Made by a program: the position numbers and the translations under genes. From a bacterium (lineage in GTDB: Bacteria > Electryoneota > Electryoneia > Electryoneales > Electryoneaceae), in contig CAXXKJ010000002.1 of assembly GCA_963675295.2 (NCBI GenBank), forward strand, positions 224,001-288,000: a DNA stretch of 64,000 nt, given 5' to 3'. Of this stretch, positions 38,442-47,861 are shown in pieces (positions within the stretch are counted from its first letter, which is position 1; the number at the start of each line of letters is the position of its first letter). The notes below the pieces were generated by a model that was not told where the DNA came from, ran no database searches, and was given only the letters and a program-made list of their open reading frames with translations.

Positions 38442-40136
38442 CTAGCGTAATTCTTCCGGCAACGGCCGTTGGCAGAAGGGATTGCCCGGATCGAACGGCC
38501 AGCAGGCGTTGCCCTCGAACCGTGTTTCCTGTACCCAGTTGTTCAACCCTTTCGCCGGGATCCACTCTTCCGCGTACCACAACCGTTCGCCAAGGAACTG
38601 ATTGTTGCGGAAGAGGTTGTCCTCGCCGGTGACGTGCATCTTGCGACCATTTTCGAAGTTGGTGAATTTACGGCTGAGCCCGCCGAGGCAGAAATGGGCG
38701 ACGGCGTTCCGCTCGAAGCGGCACCCGCGCACCGTTACCTCGTTGCTGCTGGTGTTGCGCAAGCCGTCGCGCGCATTCTGGGAAAAGGTGGACGCGAAGA
38801 TGTCCACCGGTCCCTGGCTCGCTTCGATGAAGAGGCCGTTCCGCGCGTTGAGTTTGAAGCGGCAGTCCTCGATCACGACCCGCTCGGCATCCGTGTCGAA
38901 CCACAGGCCGGTGGCGAGGTTGTGATGCGCGTACAGATTGCTGACCGTAACGTCGTGGCAATGGAACAGCTTGCTGCCGCAAACCGCCCAGCCGTCGGTT
39001 CCGGCCGAATACCCGCGCCAGTTGTTCCACGCCAGCTCCGAATCATCGATCCGCAACCGCGCAACATTGGAGATTCCCATGCCCACCCCGCCGTTGCCAT
39101 TTGCGCGGCAGTTGATGATCTCGAGCGTATCCGGACGTTGCCGGTCGGTGGGCAATGGCGTATTGGCGATCGACAAACCGCGCCAGTTGTTTTCGTTGAA
39201 GCTGCAGTTTTCGATGCGCGCGCTCTGCGTGCTGGAGATGATCACCGCCTTGCCGGGGTAAAAGTGGCTGGCGTGAACGAAGTCGATGCCCTCGAGCTCG
39301 ATACGGTCAAAATTGCGGAGTGTGAGCAACGTTTCGGTGACCGGGATCTCGATGAGATCGTCCGCCTGCATCGGTTCGCTGAGCTGAATCTGCAGCCAGC
39401 CGGGCTGATCACCGATGGCGTCCTTGACCTTGAATGTCCCGGGTACTGGCTCTTGTTCGAGAGTTCGTTGCTTCAGCAGGGTTCCGTTGACCAGCACCAT
39501 CTCTCGCCGCAGCATCAGTTCCGGGTGCTCAACGCCGGTCAGCCAGTCGCGGGTTCTTCCGGGGGAGTCGGAAATGTCCGTCGTACCCCACGCGTACGGC
39601 CATTCCGTGACGTAGCTGTTCGGCATGTCATTGACTGGTTCCCACCGGGTGAGATCGTTCCACGGCTGCTCCGGATCGCCCTGCCGGTAGATTTCCGCAC
39701 CGCTGATGGTGACCTGTCCGTCTCCGTAGGGTCGCAACGAAAACTCGATCCACTGCGTATAACCATCATCAACCACCCACAACATCGGCCGGGTCAGCCG
39801 GTACACTCCCGGTGTGACCAGCAGCTCGAACCTCTCCGCTGAATGGCCGGTGTGCGCTGAGTCATGCAGCGCGCGAAACGCGTTTCGTACATCTGCAAAA
39901 CGGAGGGTATCGTCCACGGCGTCCGGCTGTATCGTCGTCAGCCCGGGATCGACAATCGCGGTGAGGGTGCGGTTGACCTGGTACTCCGCCGTGGGCCGCG
40001 GATTCTTTTCCGATGAGGGAATTCGCCCATCATCCTGTTCCGGAAGCTGCCCGGTGGAGCTGAAGCAGCCCGTTGCGGTCAGCATGAGCAGAGCGATCAG
40101 AACGGGAATTGGGAATCGTTTCAGAACGTCAACCAT
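38442..40136 (-). CDS. Lipoprotein with right-handed parallel beta-helix (pectin-lyase-like) domain
   Basis: Lipobox-like TATGC. Asn-ladder repeats (ENCSFNEN, GLWFDTD, GLFIEAS). Confidence 0.82.
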   Translation of the reverse strand: MVDVLKRFPIPVLIALLMLTATGCFSSTGQLPEQDDGRIPSSEKNPRPTAEYQVNRTLTAIVDPGLTTIQPDAVDDTLRFADVRNAFRALHDSAHTGHSAERFELLVTPGVYRLTRPMLWVVDDGYTQWIEFSLRPYGDGQVTISGAEIYRQGDPEQPWNDLTRWEPVNDMPNSYVTEWPYAWGTTDISDSPGRTRDWLTGVEHPELMLRREMVLVNGTLLKQRTLEQEPVPGTFKVKDAIGDQPGWLQIQLSEPMQADDLIEIPVTETLLTLRNFDRIELEGIDFVHASHFYPGKAVIISSTQSARIENCSFNENNWRGLSIANTPLPTDRQRPDTLEIINCRANGNGGVGMGISNVARLRIDDSELAWNNWRGYSAGTDGWAVCGSKLFHCHDVTVSNLYAHHNLATGLWFDTDAERVVIEDCRFKLNARNGLFIEASQGPVDIFASTFSQNARDGLRNTSSNEVTVRGCRFERNAVAHFCLGGLSRKFTNFENGRKMHVTGEDNLFRNNQFLGERLWYAEEWIPAKGLNNWVQETRFEGNACWPFDPGNPFCQRPLPEELR

Positions 40137-40345
40137 GACCGAATTTTCCTCGCGTTGAGGGTGATTGTCTCCTGGTGCGGAGCCTGCGAAAGATAGGATT
40201 CCGATAGGTGTTTCGGCTGTGGGAGAGTCGGAGACGCGGAGGGTTTGGGAGATTTTTTGGGGTTTTTACGCTTTTATGGGGACGAATTATGGCAGGAGGT
40301 AGGAGCTCGGCTTACATTCAAGCTGCTTTTTCGTGAGGAAGAACG

Positions 40346-41254
40346 GTGAGCATTGAACGTCGCATCCTGGTTCGCGGTCCCTTTCGTCTGGCGACAGCGA
40401 TCAACGTGCTTCGCAGGGCGGAAAACCCGCCGCTGTTGACGCATGAACCGGCTCGATTCCAATTTTCGCAGGAAGTCCCCGGCGGCGCAGTCGAGGTTGA
40501 TGTGCGCCAGGACGGTCCAGGCTCGGACGTGTTTATCCGCGTCCTCGGTGACCTCGCGGACGGCGCTGCGATTGATCTGGTCTCGCAGCGGGTTGTACGC
40601 ATGTTTTCGTTGACGGTGAACGCGGATGAATTCTATTCGCGTGCTCGTGAGGATGTGAATCTGCGGCGTGTGTTGAGCATCTGCCCGGACATTCGTCCGG
40701 TGCTGTATCCGACGGTGTTCGAAGGTGTGTTGACGTCCATGCTGTCCTACAAGCAGTCTGTCCGTGAGACAGCGTCCTTCCTCGCGAATGTGCGAGAGGT
40801 CGCCGGTGTGATTCCGGCGGGACGTCCCCAGGCGCAACCTGCGCTGCCCGGTAAATTCACCTTCCTTGCGACGCCGGTGAAACTGCTGGAAATGGCCGGA
40901 CTTCCCAAGGACAAGATCCTCACCTTGAAGCAGATTGCCGCCCATCTCGTTGGCGAACCCGACCTGCTCGAACGGCTGGAAGGCATCAGCGACATCGCCC
41001 TTTCCCGCGAAGCGTTACTGCACCTGCCGGGCGTGAACAAGTCGATCGCGTTGCACCTGCTGCAGTATGCATTCGGCCATCACGATCTGCTGCTAGACAG
41101 TCCGCTGTTGCGCCGTGCGGTGAAACGGTTCTATCACCTCAACGATCTGCCGGACGAGCGCACATTGATCCGTCTCGCGAAACCGTACGAAAAATGGCGG
41201 AGTTGGTGGACGTTCTCTCTGCTGACGGCGAACGAAATGTCGGTTATCGTCTGA
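40346..41254 (+). CDS. AlkA-like HhH-GPD DNA glycosylase homologue
   Basis: RPVLYPTVFEG, QSVRE, GLPKDK, HhH LHLPGV and PYEKWRSW. Confidence 0.75.
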   Translation: MSIERRILVRGPFRLATAINVLRRAENPPLLTHEPARFQFSQEVPGGAVEVDVRQDGPGSDVFIRVLGDLADGAAIDLVSQRVVRMFSLTVNADEFYSRAREDVNLRRVLSICPDIRPVLYPTVFEGVLTSMLSYKQSVRETASFLANVREVAGVIPAGRPQAQPALPGKFTFLATPVKLLEMAGLPKDKILTLKQIAAHLVGEPDLLERLEGISDIALSREALLHLPGVNKSIALHLLQYAFGHHDLLLDSPLLRRAVKRFYHLNDLPDERTLIRLAKPYEKWRSWWTFSLLTANEMSVIV

Positions 41255-41515
41255 CGCGCTGCGCAGACTGGTGTAACATAGTGTCTTTCCTACATATCGG
41301 TTCATCTTTCACCGTGTTTTTCGTGCGCGGAGAAAAATGAACCGATTTGCTTTGCAGCCCTGTTTTCCTGCCGTTTCTGAGGTTACTTTGCTCTGAACGC
41401 CGCGTTTTCGCGGCATGCCTGAACCGTCGCTTCGGACCGGGAGGTGAGGAGTACGCGCTTTCTTTCCGTTCGGCGGAATGGACGAATCACTTGCATCGAG
41501 GACAGGAGGACAGGC

Positions 41516-43222
41516 ATGTTCTGGACAGTACACTCTCCAAAGCGATGGATCGCGGGTCTGTTGTTTATCGCCGTGTTGGCGTCGATCCTTGTCGCTCCGC
41601 CGGCATTCGCGACGTTCCAGCAGCTGTTGCAGGAGAACTGGGAGCGTCCGGTCGGTACGCCGTTCCCCTGGTCAACCAATGGCCACCCGTGGCAACTCTA
41701 TCCCACCAGTGCCTCTCAACCTCGTTGGGACATTGAGCGGAATGCGATTTATCACAGTGATGGTTCGCCGGATCACGTAACCGCGGTCTGGTGCTGCGGT
41801 TCCCTGGACAATTTGCAGGCGGGCATTGACCCCTACCCGGGCAACATGTTGACCTACCTCTACTGGGGCCCGTTTAGTACCAACGATCCGCTCGCGATCA
41901 ATGGCAGCCTGTGGATGTGGGGCGACATGGAGTCCAACTCCGGCAACTCCGGCGACTTCTTCTACATCGCCACGCGCCAGGGTGGATTCAGCCCGAGCAT
42001 TACCGCCTGGGACTATCTGTACAAGAACGACCAGGGCGGCAACGGCATGATGTGGCAGCAGATTCTGTTTGATTATGATCGTGTGATTACCGCCGCTGGT
42101 GACACGATTTCCTACATCGACGAAGGCATCACCAGCAGCCTGTACCTCGCGCTGGTGTTCAAATCGGATGGCGACGCAAACGATCACCTCGGTGTGTTCG
42201 TGGACGATGTCGCCCTCGGTTGGGATGATGGGTTGTTCGACTTCGATTACCGTGGGTATGAATTGTTTGACCCGAACGATCCCAACACTGAAATGGATTT
42301 CCTCTTCGTGAATACGCCTGCCCAGATGAGTGTGAAGTTCAAGGCGCACGGCGGGTTGATGAGCAACGTGGTGACGCACACCCTGTTCAACGCGAACAAC
42401 CAGGCGATCTCGAGCATCACCGGTCAGTGGCAGGGCGGAACGGTGGCGATTCCCTACGAGGAACCGTTCGACCTCATTTTCACCCCACAACAGCCGGGCA
42501 CGATGCAGTTCTCCATCTTCCTCGATGTAGACCAGCAGCAGCCGGAAAGCGACGAGGACAATAACGACGGCTCGTTCGAGATTGAGATTCTGCCTGAAAA
42601 CACCCCACCAGAGATGACGTGGGTGAACCCGGGTGCCGGCGGTGCCACCAATCACGACAACATTTTCGACATCATCTACTATGCGGAGAACCAGCCGGAG
42701 CTGGAAAACGCGCGAATTTCGTTCTATTACGATGATGATAACCAAGGCTTTAACGGATCAACGATTCCGGGCGGAACCAACCTGCCGATCAACAACGAGC
42801 TGGACACCCTCGCGTGGTACATCGCCGGGGTCGGATACGGCGAGTACTGGCTGCATGCGCGGTTGACCGACGATTACCACGATCCGGTCAATGTGTACGC
42901 GGACGGCCCGATCATTTACACTTCTTCGGTGAACGAGAACGATCCGTCGAACCTCCCGTCCGATTTCCGCGTCACGTCGGTGTATCCGAACCCGTTCAAT
43001 CCGACGGTTGAAGTCGCGATGCAGCTTCCCGGTCCGGGACAGGTCCGGGCGACGTGGTATTCGGTGGACGGTCGCGAGGTGGATGTTCAGAACCTGGGCG
43101 TGATGGGTGCCGGGTCGCAGAAATTCAGCTGGACACCAACCAATTTGACCAGCGGCGTCTACCTGCTGCGGCTGGAGTCGCCGTTCGGGACGATCTCGGA
43201 GAAGGTCACCTACCTTAAGTAG
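41516..43222 (+). CDS. Secreted multidomain protein (beta-sandwich, CARDB-like, Ig-like) with T9SS-like CTD
   Basis: RBS AGGAGG, signal peptide, GVFVDDV, QPESDEDNN (CARDB-like) and YPNPFNP. Confidence 0.85.
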   Translation: MFWTVHSPKRWIAGLLFIAVLASILVAPPAFATFQQLLQENWERPVGTPFPWSTNGHPWQLYPTSASQPRWDIERNAIYHSDGSPDHVTAVWCCGSLDNLQAGIDPYPGNMLTYLYWGPFSTNDPLAINGSLWMWGDMESNSGNSGDFFYIATRQGGFSPSITAWDYLYKNDQGGNGMMWQQILFDYDRVITAAGDTISYIDEGITSSLYLALVFKSDGDANDHLGVFVDDVALGWDDGLFDFDYRGYELFDPNDPNTEMDFLFVNTPAQMSVKFKAHGGLMSNVVTHTLFNANNQAISSITGQWQGGTVAIPYEEPFDLIFTPQQPGTMQFSIFLDVDQQQPESDEDNNDGSFEIEILPENTPPEMTWVNPGAGGATNHDNIFDIIYYAENQPELENARISFYYDDDNQGFNGSTIPGGTNLPINNELDTLAWYIAGVGYGEYWLHARLTDDYHDPVNVYADGPIIYTSSVNENDPSNLPSDFRVTSVYPNPFNPTVEVAMQLPGPGQVRATWYSVDGREVDVQNLGVMGAGSQKFSWTPTNLTSGVYLLRLESPFGTISEKVTYLK

Positions 43223-43268
43223 GCGATAGGCTTGGGGCTGTGGGCTGCAGGCGATAAGCTACAGGCCG
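43220..43268. repeat. Heptamer tandem repeat (about TAGGCTG, seven degenerate units) starting at the stop codon
   Basis: TAGGCGA TAGGCTT GGGGCTG TGGGCTG CAGGCGA TAAGCTA CAGGCCG. Confidence 0.6.
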
Positions 43269-43283
43269 GAACAATAAAAGAAC

Positions 43284-43314
43284 AACCCGCGTCGGTTTCA
43301 CCAGCGCGGGTTTT
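43284..43314. terminator. Bidirectional terminator
   Basis: AACCCGCG...CGCGGGTT with an A-rich left flank and a T-rich right flank, between convergent genes. Confidence 0.75.
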
Positions 43315-43318
43315 GTAT

Positions 43319-44173
43319 TCAGGACATGCTCGGTGTTGTCGGATCCTCGGGCAGCACGAACGCCGGCCCCGGATCGACCTTTTTGAACCGTACCGCCGGC
43401 AACCGCCACCACGGCACCCGTGGGTGTTCGTGGTGTTCGAGGTGATACCCGAAGTGGTAGCAGGTGAGGAAGGACAACCACACCGGGAAATCGTTGCTCA
43501 CGCTGTGATGCGGGTTGCTGTGGCCGGTCTTCGGCGTTTTGTGCGGCAGGTAGGTGCCGAACAGGAACAGCTGCACCGTGCTCAGCAGTGCCGGGGCGAC
43601 CCAGAACAGCAGCAGGTTGAGCACCGGGACATTGGCCAAGTAGACCAGCGAATTGAACACAATCCCCATCCCGATCAACTGCGGCAGGCTCAGATAGTTC
43701 ATCATGAACCGCACGTACCACTTGTCGAACCGGTCCTCGATCCCGTTGTTGAAATCCGGGTCCTGCTCCGGGTCGCCGGGATGCAGGTGATGTTCCCAGT
43801 GCTTCGTGGTCAGTTTCTTGAAGTTGAACAGGGCGTAAAGGAACACGGCGGCGTTGCCGAGCGCGTTGTTCAGCTTGCGGCGGTTGGGCGTGATCGTGCC
43901 GTGCATCGCGTCATGCGCGGTGATGAACAGGCCGGTATAGAGGAACGTCTGCAGCAGCAGCGCCGGAATTGCCCAGTACCAGAAGATGCTGGTCACTGGC
44001 GCGGTCAACAACAGCACCAGCGAGGTCGCCCAGCTCAGTATGATCGCCAGTGCGGCACTCAGCCCTTTGCTATCGTCCGCGGTCCATTTCTTCCGCGCGC
44101 GTGCCGTTCCCCCACTCTGATCGGGCGAGCTTGGCCGGGACGCAGCTTCCTTCTGTTCTTTCGATGAGATCAT
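43319..44173 (-). CDS. crtW: Beta-carotene ketolase
   Basis: FLYTGLFITAHDAMHG, HWEHH, FGTYLPH and FLTCYHFGYHLEHH...PWWRLP. Confidence 0.88.
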   Translation of the reverse strand: MISSKEQKEAASRPSSPDQSGGTARARKKWTADDSKGLSAALAIILSWATSLVLLLTAPVTSIFWYWAIPALLLQTFLYTGLFITAHDAMHGTITPNRRKLNNALGNAAVFLYALFNFKKLTTKHWEHHLHPGDPEQDPDFNNGIEDRFDKWYVRFMMNYLSLPQLIGMGIVFNSLVYLANVPVLNLLLFWVAPALLSTVQLFLFGTYLPHKTPKTGHSNPHHSVSNDFPVWLSFLTCYHFGYHLEHHEHPRVPWWRLPAVRFKKVDPGPAFVLPEDPTTPSMS

Positions 44174-44877
44174 GGCAGCTTGGAACTCAAGTTAACGATC
44201 AGGAAATACAACGCTTGTGCAAGCCAGGCGTGCACGACGAAGATGGGCACCGATGTCCGAAAGATGCTCGCCGATTTGCCCGCCAGCGCGAAAAGAGTAC
44301 CCAGTACAAACCACGCGATGTAGTTCTGCACCGGCGGCGCGCCGCCCCAGGTCCAGTAGTCCAACGCGACCGCCGCGGGTTCCATCAGCAGATCGAAGAC
44401 GACCATCAGCGCGCCGGTCACGGGAGCGTAGATCCAGACATTGCCTTCGACGGAACGTGGCAGGATACGTTGCGCCAGCGCCAGGCTCGATAGCAACATC
44501 AGCAGCCACGCGAACCCGATCGACAACGGTACGCCGAACAGCTGCGGCTGCAGCACCTCGCCGTAATGGTACGTTCCGAAGATCAGGCCGCTTTCGACAC
44601 CGGCCCATTCCACGAGAAATCCGGCGGCGACGACAAACGCGCTCCAGAGGTCGAACCGTGTCCGCGCGTCCGGCGACAGAGCGTTACGGGTGACGAGGTA
44701 GACGGCAATCGCGAGCACGATCAGCAACGGACCGGCGATCACGGACATCGCGGTCTCAAACAGGCCGAGCGCGTGCCACAGCCCGCCCGCACCCATGATC
44801 AGGTACAGGCTGGCGAGAGGCCACCAGACGGTTATCCGTTGTCCGGCCATTTCGAATCTACTGGTCAGTGTGGTCAT
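44170..44877 (-). CDS. cruF: Carotenoid 1,2-hydratase, CruF (DUF422) family
   Basis: E.AGV.SG.IFG.Y.Y, GVPL.I..AW, FDL.MEP.A, P.QNY.AWF, and crt gene context. Confidence 0.82.
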   Translation of the reverse strand: MTTLTSRFEMAGQRITVWWPLASLYLIMGAGGLWHALGLFETAMSVIAGPLLIVLAIAVYLVTRNALSPDARTRFDLWSAFVVAAGFLVEWAGVESGLIFGTYHYGEVLQPQLFGVPLSIGFAWLLMLLSSLALAQRILPRSVEGNVWIYAPVTGALMVVFDLLMEPAAVALDYWTWGGAPPVQNYIAWFVLGTLFALAGKSASIFRTSVPIFVVHAWLAQALYFLIVNLSSKLP

Positions 44878-44974
44878 TGCCCCGCGTCGTTGCCCTGCGT
44901 CCGTTTTGAATCAATGCCGATTAACAGTATTTCACGTTGCAGCAATCATACCTGTTTAAAATCGGAATCGACCC

Positions 44975-46105
44975 CTAACGGAGCACATTGCCTCCCACGC
45001 TGGTCAGGGTTATGGTGCGGCCTTTCCAACGGAGTGAGCCGCTGCGGGATGTTCTGAGAGAATTGAACGCGATGCCGATCAGCAGGATCATCGCCACCGG
45101 GTGCAACGGCACCAGCATCCACGGGTGCTTGTGCTTGACCGACAGGATGGCGCGGATCAACAGGTTGTAAAACACCGCACGAAACCCGAAGCGCCGTGTC
45201 CGCTTGAAAAACAGCAGGACATACGGAACGATGGTCGCACTAGTCAGCAGCCCCGTCTGCCACAACAGCGACCGGGCGGACCCGCCGGCAATGCCAAACA
45301 GGTTCTTCGTGAACCCGCGCCAGACCTCGTCGAAGCTGCTGTACATCCTGCCGAACACGACTCCGGTTCCAGACAGGGTCAAGGTGCGCAGCCCCAATCG
45401 TTTCGCGAGCCGCACCATTGCCATGTCTTCGACGACGTCGCCCTTGGCGGCTGCGTGGCCACCGATTCGCTGGTACGTTTCTTTTGAGATCGCCAGCCAC
45501 TGGCCGTTTGCGGCGGACAGTTCCGGCTGCGGCATCGACAGCGTCAGTCGCATCGGCAGCAGGCTGTAGACGAGCAGATCCACCGTCGGGACAATCAGCG
45601 ATTCGCCCAACGAGCTGACAACCTGTTGCGGGAACGCCGAGAGGAAACCCAACCGTTTCGCCTGCATCCAGCCGACGGTGTTGCGCACCGCTTCCGGCGC
45701 GTGCCGGTTGTCAGCGTCGGTGAAGATCAGGATGTCGCCGGTCGCATCATACGCGAGCTGCTGGCAGGCCCACGGTTTTCCGAGCCATCCGTCCGGAAGT
45801 TCCGATCCACGCAGGCCGCGCACCCGATCATCTTTCGCTTCCCATTCCTCGATGATCGACCACGTGTCGTCGATGGAATTGTCGTCCAGGACGAGGATTT
45901 CCAGGTCTGGCCAGTCCTGTCTGCACAACCCTTCGAGGCAATTGCCGAGATTCATCTCTTCGTTGCGCGCCGGCACCAGCACCGACACGCGCGGTGTCGA
46001 GCGCAGGTTGTGGGCATGGCTCAGCATCGGGGCGGTCATCGCGTTCAGCACCGTCACCAGCACCATGTACGCCAACGGAATCACCACGAAGAACAGCAGC
46101 ATCAA
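44975..46105 (-). CDS. GT2 carotenoid glycosyltransferase (CruC/CrtQ-like)
   Basis: SVLVPARNEE, DDNS.D, GWLGKPWAC, FTDAD, ANGQ, VVED, RMY and GFTKN. Confidence 0.88.
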   Translation of the reverse strand: MMLLFFVVIPLAYMVLVTVLNAMTAPMLSHAHNLRSTPRVSVLVPARNEEMNLGNCLEGLCRQDWPDLEILVLDDNSIDDTWSIIEEWEAKDDRVRGLRGSELPDGWLGKPWACQQLAYDATGDILIFTDADNRHAPEAVRNTVGWMQAKRLGFLSAFPQQVVSSLGESLIVPTVDLLVYSLLPMRLTLSMPQPELSAANGQWLAISKETYQRIGGHAAAKGDVVEDMAMVRLAKRLGLRTLTLSGTGVVFGRMYSSFDEVWRGFTKNLFGIAGGSARSLLWQTGLLTSATIVPYVLLFFKRTRRFGFRAVFYNLLIRAILSVKHKHPWMLVPLHPVAMILLIGIAFNSLRTSRSGSLRWKGRTITLTSVGGNVLR

Positions 46106-46842
46106 GCAGTCCTCTGCACGCCAAACAAGCGGCGGATTTCGACAATACGTTCACTGATGGATTTGCGTCCGCGCATCAGGTCCCGTACCGGTTCCAGCTC
46201 CGGACCGTTCCCGTGCACCGCGGACGTCAACCGGTCGAGAGTGGCTTCGACAGCCGCTTCCAGATCGCTGTCGGAGATGGACTCATCCGCGTCCACGAAC
46301 ATCGGTTCGCCAAAAGATAACGACACCACGGGATATTCGTCGCCCAGCTGGTCCACTCTCATCGCCAAAGGAAGCACGTTCAGTGGTCGTTTGCAACGCC
46401 GGATCAGCCATCCCGCGCCAGGGCGGAACCCGAGCGGACGCCGTTCCACCGGCGTCAATTCCCCTTGCGGGAAGATGGTGACGCAGGCCTGGCGGTTGTC
46501 TTCGAGCAGATCGCATGTAAACCGTAACGTGGTCAGCACATCGGCGCGGTCACCGGGGTCGAACCCGTACGCACCGAGCTTGCGGAAAAACGGGTAGTTG
46601 CGCAGCTGGCCGGCGAGCATCATCACGTACAACCGGCGGCGCAGGAAGAGACGGTTAAGCAGGTGGACAAAAAACCCGTCCCACCAGGTACCGTGATTCG
46701 GCAACAGGAGAACGGGTGCGTCGTTTCGTAGTTCCGGCAGAGATCCGTGCAGCCGGACGGCATGAAAGTGCCGTCGCAACGACCCCCGCAGGTAGCGGGC
46801 AAACAGTTTTTCCGCCCAGGTGGCTGGTTTGGGTTTGATCAT
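46102..46842 (-). CDS. Acyltransferase (PlsC-like; CruD-like carotenoid glycoside acyltransferase)
   Basis: NHGTWWDG (HX4D), IFPQG and GFRPG. Start MIKPKP at 46842. Confidence 0.85.
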   Translation of the reverse strand: MIKPKPATWAEKLFARYLRGSLRRHFHAVRLHGSLPELRNDAPVLLLPNHGTWWDGFFVHLLNRLFLRRRLYVMMLAGQLRNYPFFRKLGAYGFDPGDRADVLTTLRFTCDLLEDNRQACVTIFPQGELTPVERRPLGFRPGAGWLIRRCKRPLNVLPLAMRVDQLGDEYPVVSLSFGEPMFVDADESISDSDLEAAVEATLDRLTSAVHGNGPELEPVRDLMRGRKSISERIVEIRRLFGVQRTA

Positions 46843-46855
46843 ACCCTGTTTACGT

Positions 46856-47833
46856 TCACGCGGCCTCGGCTGGATCGGGTAATGGGATCCGGGACGGGAC
46901 ACGTTGCGGAATCGGTTTCGCGGATGTTTTCGGCGATGGTTGCGCCGGCGCAACTTTTTCCGCCACGTATTCCTTCATCAGCACGCGCAGTTTTTCCCCT
47001 TTGCCAAGGTACGCACGTCCCGCGAAGGGATTGTAGTCCTGATCGGCGATCCGATCGAGAATGGAACCGTAGATTTTCGCCGCGGCACGAATCGCGAACC
47101 GCGCGTCCGGATTGAGATACGGGATGCCCTGTTCACCGATCGCATAGAAATGGCGAGCGCGTTCAATCTCGAATTTCATCAGTTCGCGCATCCGTGGACT
47201 CATCTCCCCATTGAGGATTTCCTCTTCCCGGATATCAAACGTGTCCAGGTCCTCGCGCGGAATGTAGATTCGGCCTCGTTCGGCGTCCTCCTGCACGTCC
47301 CGCAGGATGTTGGTCAGCTGCATCGCGACCCCCAGCGCCTCAGCGTGGCATTCGGCTTCAGCGCGATCGGTCCCGAGCACCGGTGACATCATCATGCCCA
47401 CCGTTCCGGCGACGCGATAACAGAACAGGTACAGGTCACGGAAGGTGTCGTACCGGTCCTTGTCGATGTCCATTTCGACACCGCGCAGCAGGTCGAGCAG
47501 CGGAACTGGGGAAATATCATACGCTTTCGCCGCCGCAATCACCGGCTTGACGATCGGATGCTGCGATTCGCCCGTGCGGAACGCGACATCAAGCTCTTCG
47601 CCAAGCGCCTGGATCTCGCCTCGCAATTCGCCATTACTGCGCTGTTCACGCGGTGAATCGACCAGGTTGTCAGCATAGCGGCAGAACCCGTATAGCGCGT
47701 AGGTTGCCCAGCGCTTCGGTTCGGGTAACAGCTGTGTTGTCAGGTAAAAACTCTTCGCCCAGTGCCGAGTCGTGTTCCGTGCCAGCTGGAAGTAGTTCTT
47801 CACCTCGGGCTGTAGCCAGAATTTCGTTTCCAT
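46856..47833 (-). CDS. crtB: Phytoene synthase
   Basis: AKSFY, LYGFCRYADNLVD, YRVAGTVG and AMQLTNILRDVQED. Confidence 0.95.
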   Translation of the reverse strand: METKFWLQPEVKNYFQLARNTTRHWAKSFYLTTQLLPEPKRWATYALYGFCRYADNLVDSPREQRSNGELRGEIQALGEELDVAFRTGESQHPIVKPVIAAAKAYDISPVPLLDLLRGVEMDIDKDRYDTFRDLYLFCYRVAGTVGMMMSPVLGTDRAEAECHAEALGVAMQLTNILRDVQEDAERGRIYIPREDLDTFDIREEEILNGEMSPRMRELMKFEIERARHFYAIGEQGIPYLNPDARFAIRAAAKIYGSILDRIADQDYNPFAGRAYLGKGEKLRVLMKEYVAEKVAPAQPSPKTSAKPIPQRVPSRIPLPDPAEAA

Positions 47834-47861
47834 GGTTGCAGTCCTTGGTTAATGACAGGGA

